A stretch of 64,000 bases of DNA from a virus, in IMG/VR virus record IMGVR_UViG_3300029787_000021, positions 1-64,000 of that record; one strand, 5' to 3'. Position 1 is the stretch's first letter. Each line of letters opens with the position of its first letter. Below the pieces are notes generated by a model that saw nothing but the letters and a program-made list of their open reading frames with translations, was not told where the DNA came from and did not search any database. Both the position numbers and the translations under genes were made by a program. Shown here piece by piece: positions 55,862-63,829 of the stretch.

Positions 55862-56056
55862 TTAATTATATATTAACCAACGTTCTGTTTCGTCTTTATT
55901 TATTAAGGAATGTTTAAGTGTTCTTCCTTGTGGTTTTCTCATTACTCTTTCATATGTATAGTTATCTATTTTAATATGATAACCATCTATAACCGTTTCA
56001 GCTATTTTATACGTCATCTTTGCTCTAGGAACGTATACTACTGTATCTAATTTCAT
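55862..56056 (-). CDS. Small hypothetical protein
   Basis: First ORF after the promoter at 56074. Confidence 0.55.
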   Translation of the reverse strand: MKLDTVVYVPRAKMTYKIAETVIDGYHIKIDNYTYERVMRKPQGRTLKHSLINKDETERWLIYN

Positions 56057-56073
56057 ATAACTTTATTTATAAC

Positions 56074-56105
56074 TAATATAAGAAAAAATAGGCAGAAATC
56101 CAACT
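56074..56105 (-). promoter_or_regulatory. Host-type promoter
   Basis: AGTTG-N16-TTCTTATATTA. Confidence 0.7.
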
Positions 56106-57094
56106 TAAATCAGCTTTATCTGTGAGCTAGCTCGATAGTTACCTAATAATTCTTGATCTGTTTTTATATCTTTTAATGCTATTCCAGAATTACTATTTAT
56201 ATTTCCTTCTGAAAATGCTGTGTTTATTAATGCTAAAGGTTCTGAAAATAAAAAATTAGTATCTTTTATTAATCTAAGTTCAATTAAAGTTTTAAAGTTA
56301 GGATGTAAATCATTAGTATACGAACGTAATATATAAGCAGCTACGGATATTGGTAATGATTCTAATTCATCTCTAGTAATTTTATACCAACCTGTTTCTC
56401 CTTTCCATAATGGAAATACTTGTTCACCTGCTTTTATATCAACTAATGCAAAAAGACCTACTCCATGAATAGGACTTTGTCTTTGATATGACTTTACAGA
56501 TGAATCTAGATACTCCATAACATCTAATCTATCTTTTTTATTAAATTCTCCATTTGAAAAGTAAGTCCATCCTATTTTGTGACTTGTAGGATACCCTTCT
56601 ATTCCCCAATCAGTAGGAACTACTTTAAAATTTATATCTTTTCTAATTTTACTATATTCATATATTGAAAGAATACACCCTTCATTGGCTATAATTTTAC
56701 AATGATCCTCAAAAGATTTATATTTATTCCATTCTTGTTCTGTTGGTTCTTCATAGAAGAAGTCTAACATTTTCTTTAACTGTTTTTTAGTTTTATGTCT
56801 ACTAAAGTTTTCATCTTCAGGACAAAAAGTATCCATAAAGATACCATCATATTTCATATGTAAATTAGGTAATACGTCTATCCAATCACCATGAAATACA
56901 TTAACGTTAGGTTTATCCCAACTCCATAATAATGCTCTTTCGTATAAATCTTCTCTGATTTCAATTATTGTAAGAGATTTTACTCCTTTATTATAGAAAT
57001 ATTCTGATGTAACACCCCATCCATAACCAACATCTAATATATGCTTATCAGGAGATGTCATCAAATCTAAAACCTCTTTTTCAAATATAACCAT
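56105..57094 (-). CDS. Class I SAM methyltransferase (GAMT/Rmt2-like) fused to a SET-like domain
   Basis: ILDVGYGWG, TIIE, GDW and YDGIFMDT motifs, then SPIHGVGLFALVDIKAGE...IALKDIKTDQELLGNY. Confidence 0.78.
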   Translation of the reverse strand: MVIFEKEVLDLMTSPDKHILDVGYGWGVTSEYFYNKGVKSLTIIEIREDLYERALLWSWDKPNVNVFHGDWIDVLPNLHMKYDGIFMDTFCPEDENFSRHKTKKQLKKMLDFFYEEPTEQEWNKYKSFEDHCKIIANEGCILSIYEYSKIRKDINFKVVPTDWGIEGYPTSHKIGWTYFSNGEFNKKDRLDVMEYLDSSVKSYQRQSPIHGVGLFALVDIKAGEQVFPLWKGETGWYKITRDELESLPISVAAYILRSYTNDLHPNFKTLIELRLIKDTNFLFSEPLALINTAFSEGNINSNSGIALKDIKTDQELLGNYRASSQIKLI

Positions 57095-57104
57095 TTATTT
57101 TATC

Positions 57105-57446
57105 TTACCATTTTCTGCAACTCCAGTATCTTGCTTTCCATTTTGGTCCCGGAGTAGAACATTTATGTCTTGCTCTAAAAGATTTACGTCTAGCAGGATT
57201 ACTTTTTCTAATCCTCATAGTTTTTCTTTTAGCAGATGTTCCTCCATGACCGAAGTTAACTTTAACTACGTTACCTTTTTGATTTTTAACGTATACTTTA
57301 AACTTTTTAACATCACCTCTAGTAGGTTTATTAAGTTTTACTTTTCTTCCTCTGTATTCAGCCTCTTCAATAGGACCTAAGGATATAGTATACCCCTCAG
57401 CTAATTCTTCAGAGTATACATCCCATTCGTTAAATTGTTCTTTCAT
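57105..57446 (-). CDS. Conserved basic phage protein (DUF6321-like)
   Basis: KKFKVYV...VKVNFG...RRKSFRARHKC...ARYWSC..W. Confidence 0.7.
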   Translation of the reverse strand: MKEQFNEWDVYSEELAEGYTISLGPIEEAEYRGRKVKLNKPTRGDVKKFKVYVKNQKGNVVKVNFGHGGTSAKRKTMRIRKSNPARRKSFRARHKCSTPGPKWKARYWSCRKW

Positions 57447-57931
57447 TAGTCGTTTGCTCTATTAAACCTACCAACACAAATTCCTTGAGCGAAATAGTTA
57501 TTACTATCATTTACTCCCCAATCACCTCCATAAGAAATATGAAGTAACTCATGATCATCTACAACTCCAATAGCAGATACTTCAACATAAGCTCCTGTAT
57601 TGTCAAGACATTTATCTCCTACTTGTATTTGTACATCAGTTGCAGCAGTGATTGCAGGATCATGACAAACCCATGTTCCGCCTTCTTTATAAAAAATTTG
57701 ATTAGTTGAACATTTAACTCTTCTTCCATCAGCAAAGTCAATGTTAACTGTTGGCATAGTTTCTAATACAAATCCAGTAATCTCTTTTTCAAAGATTTCA
57801 TTACCATGCTCGAAAGAATGATATGCTATCCAATCCCCAGAAACAAGATCCTGAGCTTTAGATTGACCATTGTGGCCTACTGGTACGCCTCGGTTAACTT
57901 GGTAGATTAGTGTGTTTTGTGCTACTGCCAT
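57446..57931 (-). CDS. Stand-alone degenerate Hint-fold protein
   Basis: KAQDLVSGD, CSTNQIFY, IQVGD and NYFAQGICV segments; lacks Cys1, the TxxH His and the terminal HN. Confidence 0.6.
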   Translation of the reverse strand: MAVAQNTLIYQVNRGVPVGHNGQSKAQDLVSGDWIAYHSFEHGNEIFEKEITGFVLETMPTVNIDFADGRRVKCSTNQIFYKEGGTWVCHDPAITAATDVQIQVGDKCLDNTGAYVEVSAIGVVDDHELLHISYGGDWGVNDSNNYFAQGICVGRFNRAND

Positions 57932-57964
57932 AATATAATTATTTATTAGTTAATTTAAATACAA

Positions 57965-58108
57965 CTAGCTATGTTTAGCTTTAAAGTAAGTTATAAAATT
58001 ATTAATAGTAGTATTAATAGATGCTTTTTGTGCATCAGTTACTGAGTATAATGTTCTACTATTTACTTCAGTATTAGCTACTTTTTGATAAAATATTGGC
58101 TTCCTCAT
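57965..58108 (-). CDS. 47-aa peptide between the two Hint genes
   Basis: Hand translation MRKPIFYQKVANTEVNSRTLYSVTDAQKASINTTINNFITYFKAKHS; TATTTATA motif at 58113-58120. Confidence 0.6.
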   Translation of the reverse strand: MRKPIFYQKVANTEVNSRTLYSVTDAQKASINTTINNFITYFKAKHS

Positions 58109-58122
58109 ATAATATAAATAGG

Positions 58123-60387
58123 TTATTTATTGTGAACTATAATACCATTGGCAACATAATTGTGATATTCTTTTACTGTAAAATTGAATACTCTTTGATC
58201 TGGTTTAGAATCTATAACATCTATTGAAGAAATAGCTTTCCATTCTCCGCAACAATTTATCTCATCTCCAGGTTCTAATATACTAAACTCTTCTACATCT
58301 GGTTTTAAAGCTTTCCAACCCTGTTTAGTAAGGAAAGGATGCTCTGGTGTAAATTCAATATTACATATTCCTTCTCCATTAATAGTATATAAATCTCTAT
58401 CTCCTACTACTGTTGGTTCGATATCTATTACTTTACTTACTACCAACTCTTCTCCGTTCCAAGATAATACTTCATCACCAATTACTATATCTTCTATATT
58501 TTTTATATCTTCATTAGCTAAACTAATTTCAGTACCTTCTACGAAACAACAACCAAAACCTCCTGGAGGAACTCTGTTATGAACTAAAAATCCATTAGCA
58601 TAAAAATTATTATTATCAGCAACTTCATCTAAATTATATACTGTTTCATTATGAGGATTTTCTTCAATAAATGTAAGTTCATAAAAATTACCATCGTGAT
58701 TTAAACATTTATCTCCTACAACTAAAGCTCGATCTGCAATATTACTTTCAGCTGGTTTATATGCTGACCATCCGCTTCCACTTACATAAAATGGATGATC
58801 GAAAGTACAAGTATTAAAATTATCGTTAGAAAATTCTAAATAAACTACAGGTTGATTATGTTTAGTTTGAATTTGAGTAACTTCTCTTTCCTCTTGTTGT
58901 TCTGAGTCTAAATTATAAGTTAATACTGTATCACTAATTGCAATATCTTCTATATTTTTAATTAAAGGAACTTCTCCATTACTTAAAGTAATCTTAGTCC
59001 CAGCTACAAAACAAGGAGCATTATGTACTAAAAAGTTAGATCCAGATAATTGATAATTATCATCATCTTCAACATTAATTTGTCTATAACCAGCAGCAGT
59101 TGTAGTTACTCCAGTATATCCTTCAGTTACAGCTTCAAACCCACTACCAGATACCCAAACTGAATGAGTATTAGGAAAGATATTTTGAGCATATTCCCAT
59201 TCTACTCTATCAATCACTGCATTATAAACTAAATATGCTTCATTAGGAGAAGTGTATCCAGTTGCATTTGCTGTTTTAATCTCACTAATAATATTATTAC
59301 TAGCTGATATTTCATAAGAAGATAAAACTAAAGATCCAGTAGCATGAGAACCATCAGGTAATTGATTTCCTGAGTGACTCCACTCGTACCAGTCTTGATT
59401 ATCTTCAGGTGATCCACTAACAAAGTATGATAATACTGCATTAGAAGCTGATACATCTTTAGCTAAAATAAAATCACCAGACATGCTAATTAAACTTTCA
59501 CCATAAGGCCATACTCCATAAGTTCTTTCAGTCATATGATTGGTAGCAAAACAAAACTTATAGTATGTTTCCAATTCACTACTAATATTTGCAGTATTAA
59601 AATCGTTTAAACTTTCTGGTTCATCAAAATAAGCTCCTACTTTATAGTTACCTATAGATACTTGATCTAAATTAGCACCGTAAACAAAAGTAAAATTTCT
59701 AATAGAAGTTACTTTATCTCCTTGCTTCTCACTAGAATTATAATGATAGTTCTGAATCATTGAATCCTCATTTTTAACTTCATTTATAAAATTATTCCAT
59801 CTATCAGAAGAACCTGAAGTTGCATGACCAATTTTATACATTTTCATAGTCTGATGAGCTTCAGTTGCTTTTTTAGTAACTGCATCAATAATATTATCTG
59901 GGTTTAGATTAGATTTATCTATATGGTCTATAACTCCAGTTGCTGAGGATGAATAGTAGAATTCAGTAACTTGATCTTCAGCAGAGTTATCACTAAATAA
60001 CTTAAGTAGGTTAAGTTTACCTTTTGCATAAGTAGAATCTAATACTGCATTTTCATCATAAGCTAATCTAATAATAAATTTATTATCAGCATCTGAAGGT
60101 GAAGTAGGATAAATACTATCTATTTTTTCTGCTACTGCTGTGAAAGAATGACTATGAGCTGATGCTACAGATGACGATAAATACTCAACGAATTTGTCAT
60201 GATAAGCATCTTTATATATTACATATACTGAATCTATACTCCCAGTCATCATTGATACTATAGGAGTTACATCAACTTCGTTTCCTAAACTAGAGTTAAT
60301 AAATGAAGTATCGGTATTTATTTCTAATAACCTTATGTTATTTGATTCATCAACACAGAAGTCTGATGAGAAAATAGTTCCTTTCAT
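58123..60387 (-). CDS. Circularly permuted ATP-grasp-like domain fused to three tandem Hint domains
   Basis: N-terminal DF......LLEINT, later VTK, IQNY and IRNF; Hint1 (about 59517-59020, ends LVHN), Hint2 (59013-58576, CFVAGT..TFDHPF..LVHN), Hint3 (58548-58129, CFVEGT..TPEHPF..IVHN). Confidence 0.8.
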   Translation of the reverse strand: MKGTIFSSDFCVDESNNIRLLEINTDTSFINSSLGNEVDVTPIVSMMTGSIDSVYVIYKDAYHDKFVEYLSSSVASAHSHSFTAVAEKIDSIYPTSPSDADNKFIIRLAYDENAVLDSTYAKGKLNLLKLFSDNSAEDQVTEFYYSSSATGVIDHIDKSNLNPDNIIDAVTKKATEAHQTMKMYKIGHATSGSSDRWNNFINEVKNEDSMIQNYHYNSSEKQGDKVTSIRNFTFVYGANLDQVSIGNYKVGAYFDEPESLNDFNTANISSELETYYKFCFATNHMTERTYGVWPYGESLISMSGDFILAKDVSASNAVLSYFVSGSPEDNQDWYEWSHSGNQLPDGSHATGSLVLSSYEISASNNIISEIKTANATGYTSPNEAYLVYNAVIDRVEWEYAQNIFPNTHSVWVSGSGFEAVTEGYTGVTTTAAGYRQINVEDDDNYQLSGSNFLVHNAPCFVAGTKITLSNGEVPLIKNIEDIAISDTVLTYNLDSEQQEEREVTQIQTKHNQPVVYLEFSNDNFNTCTFDHPFYVSGSGWSAYKPAESNIADRALVVGDKCLNHDGNFYELTFIEENPHNETVYNLDEVADNNNFYANGFLVHNRVPPGGFGCCFVEGTEISLANEDIKNIEDIVIGDEVLSWNGEELVVSKVIDIEPTVVGDRDLYTINGEGICNIEFTPEHPFLTKQGWKALKPDVEEFSILEPGDEINCCGEWKAISSIDVIDSKPDQRVFNFTVKEYHNYVANGIIVHNK

Positions 60388-60426
60388 TCTTGAATTTTTA
60401 TATAAATAGTAACTAGTACTATATTA

Positions 60427-60780
60427 TTAGTTCAAATTATTAAAAAAATGTATAGTCCAAGCTACTAATCCATTCAATTGCAGTACTACTAAGTTCCACT
60501 GTCTTCTTACAGTAACTTGAAATAATACACAACAAAAACCTATAATAAATAAAATAGGTTCAACAGTCCATTGACCTGCCATTAAAAAACCAGCTCCCAT
60601 ATACCCTACTCTTGAGGACATTCTTTCTATAGGAGTTAGTTTTCTTTCTCTAACCATAAACTTTAAAAAGTGCCTCCACCATCTATGTTCACATTGACGG
60701 CAAGTTAACTTATGCTTACCTTTATAGAATTTATACATCCATAAAGGTCGTTTCTGATTACATTTATTGCATTTTCTCAC
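60427..60780 (-). CDS. Zn-ribbon plus membrane domain protein
   Basis: CNKC...CRQC followed by three hydrophobic segments. Confidence 0.55.
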   Translation of the reverse strand: MRKCNKCNQKRPLWMYKFYKGKHKLTCRQCEHRWWRHFLKFMVRERKLTPIERMSSRVGYMGAGFLMAGQWTVEPILFIIGFCCVLFQVTVRRQWNLVVLQLNGLVAWTIHFFNNLN

Positions 60781-61013
60781 CTTCTAACTTTATGCAAATT
60801 ACTACCCCATCCTTGTCTACGATCCATCGAAGCTATTTCTTTAGCTACATTAGGATCTTTTATCACCTCAGTCTCTGCATAAGTAGTCTTTCCGGAAATA
60901 ATATTTCGTACATACCATCTTCCCGTACTACTACACTTTACACAAGTTTTAGTTTCAGGTAAAGCTTCTATTCTTAGAGGGTTTATAACCTCTTGACATT
61001 TAATGCATTTCAT
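60777..61013 (-). CDS. DksA/TraR-type C4 zinc-finger protein
   Basis: CIKCQEVINPLRIEALPETKTCVKCS; probable start at 61013. Confidence 0.75.
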   Translation of the reverse strand: MKCIKCQEVINPLRIEALPETKTCVKCSSTGRWYVRNIISGKTTYAETEVIKDPNVAKEIASMDRRQGWGSNLHKVRR

Positions 61014-61170
61014 GATCGCAGTCTTTTTTATGCCTAAACCATCCACCACATTTACACTTAACGTAGTAGACAGTTGAAGCTATAACTGGGGAGCCAGCAA
61101 GGGCAGTCCAAATATTCGGATGCCAATGCTCTCCACAAAAACCTAATGCATGCTTAATTACTTCTATCAC
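61000..61170 (-). CDS. 56-aa His/Cys-rich small protein
   Basis: Hand translation from a GTG start: MIEVIKHALGFCGEHWHPNIWTALAGSPVIASTVYYVKCKCGGWFRHKKDCDHEMH. Confidence 0.5.
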   Translation of the reverse strand: MIEVIKHALGFCGEHWHPNIWTALAGSPVIASTVYYVKCKCGGWFRHKKDCDHEMH

Positions 61171-62015
61171 TATATTAAAGCTGTTGCTAGTTTAAACAAA
61201 TCTTGGTTAATTTTAAGATCTTTCTCAAAAGACTTAATCTTTCTAACCTTTCTTACTTTAGCACCTCTTAAAGCAGCACTAAATCCTCCTTGAGTAACTT
61301 TCTCTTGAACTACGTTAAAGACTTTCCAAAGATCATTACCTTTATCTTCATCCCTAGTAGGTTCTAAAATATCCTCAATCGTTTCTTCATCATAATCAAA
61401 CTTAGTAGCTTCTGGAGTATCTAATTTAATTCCAGCTCTAAGTATCATAGCATCTAAAGCTAATTTATTTTTTTCATCTTGAGTAAGCTCTCTACTTTTC
61501 ATCTGATTAAGAACTTCTACTTTAGCAGGTAAAGATTTTACAGCAGAAGAAACAACGTCTCTAAGCTCTGCAAAAGTATAACCTTTATGCCTTATCTTAA
61601 AATCAGAGAACTCTTCATCAGCAATAACTAAACCATTAGAACAAACTAATCTATAGATACCTACTTTAAATTGAAAAGCATTAAACCCATCATGAGAGTT
61701 AGTCATAATAATTCTAGGAAAAGCATCATCTCCATCTTTACCTTTTATCATAATATCAGGATTCTGAAAGGATATCATATGCTTACTAAATATAGTAGGA
61801 CCTCCTTTAGAAGTTCTCATAGTAGCTTGAACAGGTTTCCATCCTAATTTTTCTAAATCATCGATAATAGTTTCAGTATTAACATGAAGGTATTTTTTAC
61901 TAACGTCTGGGTTAGTAGGTTCAGTAGCGAATGCTACAGGACACGTTTCTCTAATTTGATCTTTTGAAAGGTAAGTCTCTAACCCTGTCTCGTAAGACTG
62001 CATAATATCTGCCAT
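61170..62015 (-). CDS. DUF932/DUF945 family protein
   Basis: NSHDG, GIYRLVCSNGL, IRHKG and LWKVFNVVQE motifs. Confidence 0.85.
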   Translation of the reverse strand: MADIMQSYETGLETYLSKDQIRETCPVAFATEPTNPDVSKKYLHVNTETIIDDLEKLGWKPVQATMRTSKGGPTIFSKHMISFQNPDIMIKGKDGDDAFPRIIMTNSHDGFNAFQFKVGIYRLVCSNGLVIADEEFSDFKIRHKGYTFAELRDVVSSAVKSLPAKVEVLNQMKSRELTQDEKNKLALDAMILRAGIKLDTPEATKFDYDEETIEDILEPTRDEDKGNDLWKVFNVVQEKVTQGGFSAALRGAKVRKVRKIKSFEKDLKINQDLFKLATALI

Positions 62016-62043
62016 AACTTTTATTTTTAATTATTTATACTAT

Positions 62044-62075
62044 AAATATACGAAAAAAAACTCGGGTAGGCAACT
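62044..62075 (-). promoter_or_regulatory. Host-type early promoter
   Basis: AGTTG-N16-TTCGTATATTT. Confidence 0.8.
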
Positions 62076-62379
62076 ATTTTATATGAAATTTTTCAATATT
62101 ATCTTTAAGTTTCCAAGTATCAATACATTGATCTTGAGTACCATTTGCTTCGTAAAATTTTAAACATACATCTAATGCTTTAGACCAATCTGAAATAGGT
62201 AAAGATATTTCATAACATATATCTTCATTTCTAAATGATATACTAAATAGTTTTACTGTCTTTTTACTAAAGAGATATCCTTCGTTTATACCGTTATAAA
62301 CTCCATCTACTATCTTCTTATTAGAATAAGAAAATAACTCTTCAAACTCCTGTAACGTATTAAAATTAAGATTTATCAT
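62074..62379 (-). CDS. Hypothetical protein
   Basis: 101 aa, downstream of the promoter at 62387. Confidence 0.6.
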   Translation of the reverse strand: MINLNFNTLQEFEELFSYSNKKIVDGVYNGINEGYLFSKKTVKLFSISFRNEDICYEISLPISDWSKALDVCLKFYEANGTQDQCIDTWKLKDNIEKFHIK

Positions 62380-62386
62380 TATAACT

Positions 62387-62418
62387 AAATATACGAACTA
62401 ACCATCAATAAACCAACT
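62387..62418 (-). promoter_or_regulatory. Host-type early promoter
   Basis: AGTTG-N16-TTCGTATATTT, overlapping the end of the upstream gene. Confidence 0.75.
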
Positions 62419-62998
62419 TATATCCGTTAAATTTTAAGATATAATCTACTGTTGTAGTTCCGAATCCATCTTTTGATACTCTACCATTTCTTAAAAACTT
62501 TCTTACTCCTCCTGCTCCTACTAAATGAGCTGCTGCTATCAATCCTGATTCAGTGATAAATACTCCATGGATAGTTTTACCATCATACTTTTCTATATGT
62601 CTACTCAAAGATTTTTTATTCTTTTTCATTAATTTTATCATAGCTTCTTCTTGAATAGAAGGATTTGATAAAAATTCTTCTTTACTTAAATTATATCCTA
62701 ACCATCTTAAAGTTTTAGGTCCGAATTGATATTTACCCATATACCCATACTTATTTACAATATCATATCTATTAGAGGATTCTCTATGACCAATAGCATC
62801 TAAAAACTCGTTTTGACTAAAAGTTATTACTTTATTTACTTTAACTGTAGTAATAGGTATTGGATCAAATATATGTATAGGTTTAGGTTTAATTTCTATA
62901 ATTGAAATTGCTGGCATTATTACTCTTTTGTAGACTGTGAATGCCATTAATGAGGACACACATAGAGCCACAACAGGTACTAAAATAAGTTTTTTCAT
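62405..62998 (-). CDS. Lysozyme-like peptidoglycan hydrolase with an N-terminal signal/anchor
   Basis: RESSNRY...YMGKYQFG and AAAHLVG motifs; hydrophobic N-terminus. Confidence 0.75.
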   Translation of the reverse strand: MKKLILVPVVALCVSSLMAFTVYKRVIMPAISIIEIKPKPIHIFDPIPITTVKVNKVITFSQNEFLDAIGHRESSNRYDIVNKYGYMGKYQFGPKTLRWLGYNLSKEEFLSNPSIQEEAMIKLMKKNKKSLSRHIEKYDGKTIHGVFITESGLIAAAHLVGAGGVRKFLRNGRVSKDGFGTTTVDYILKFNGYKLVY

Positions 62999-63017
62999 AT
63001 AGTTTGTTTAGGTTGAA

Positions 63018-63177
63018 CTTAGAAGAGGTCTAAAAATGAAGTACCAATCTTCTTATCGCGTAACTTTTCGTTTCGCTCATGTTGCTTTACGAGGTTGTCT
63101 GCAACTATTCTTTCTAAAGGTTTTTTCTTTTTGAAAGTAGAAAACTTTTTTATTTTACTAAAGTCTTTCTTTTTCAT
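63018..63177 (-). CDS. Small basic hypothetical protein
   Basis: Hand translation MKKKDFSKIKKFSTFKKKKPLERIVADNLV...FLDLF; boundaries approximate. Confidence 0.45.
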
Positions 63178-63193
63178 ATATTAAATAAATAGT

Positions 63194-63829
63194 TTATATT
63201 CTAGAAATATATTCTTCTCCAGGCTTCTCGTCATCTTCCATTAAGCCTAATTCTCTTAAATGTTCAATATGATGTTCATCCATTTCCCAAGTAAACTCTT
63301 CACCATGTTTTTCTACATAGTCTTCCATTTTAACTACTTGTTGATCTGTTATAGGACTAACTCCGTATAAAAATGAACAATTATAACATAATAACTCTAT
63401 ATTATCTAAAGTAAAATCTTTTTTATCTTTATTTTTATGATGTAATATTAAAGGAACTCTATTATCTATAACTCTTCTTTCTGCAAATCCACATTTATTA
63501 CATTTCTCTTCTATTACTGCCTCAAAAATTAATCTTTCTTTTATCTTCTGAGGATCAAAATGAGTAGAAGGAACTCTACCTTCTATTAAATCCATTAAAG
63601 GAGGTGTTTTACCTTTACCAGATAAGAACTTTGGTATACCTTTACCAGCTTGATTTAAATGCATATCTAATAATGACTTACCTGTCTTATCATCTTTATA
63701 AAGTTTAGCATATTTTTTATAATGATTATAAGATACATGTAAGTATCTAGCAGCAGCTCGATTAGATCGAGTTTGCGACATAGCTCTTAATAAATCTTCT
63801 TTAGAAAGTATTTTAGCTGGTCTACCCAT
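63194..63829 (-). CDS. HTH plus HNH-like Zn-finger protein
   Basis: SNRAAARYLHVSY HTH; CNKC..LILHHKN...NIELLCYNC. Confidence 0.75.
   Translation of the reverse strand: MGRPAKILSKEDLLRAMSQTRSNRAAARYLHVSYNHYKKYAKLYKDDKTGKSLLDMHLNQAGKGIPKFLSGKGKTPPLMDLIEGRVPSTHFDPQKIKERLIFEAVIEEKCNKCGFAERRVIDNRVPLILHHKNKDKKDFTLDNIELLCYNCSFLYGVSPITDQQVVKMEDYVEKHGEEFTWEMDEHHIEHLRELGLMEDDEKPGEEYISRI

Noticed and set aside
58123-60387. Canonical selfish inteins inserted in a host enzyme
   Set aside because: There is no C/S/T at +1, no homing endonuclease, and the exteins are only 1-9 aa; this fits intein-like Hint domains instead
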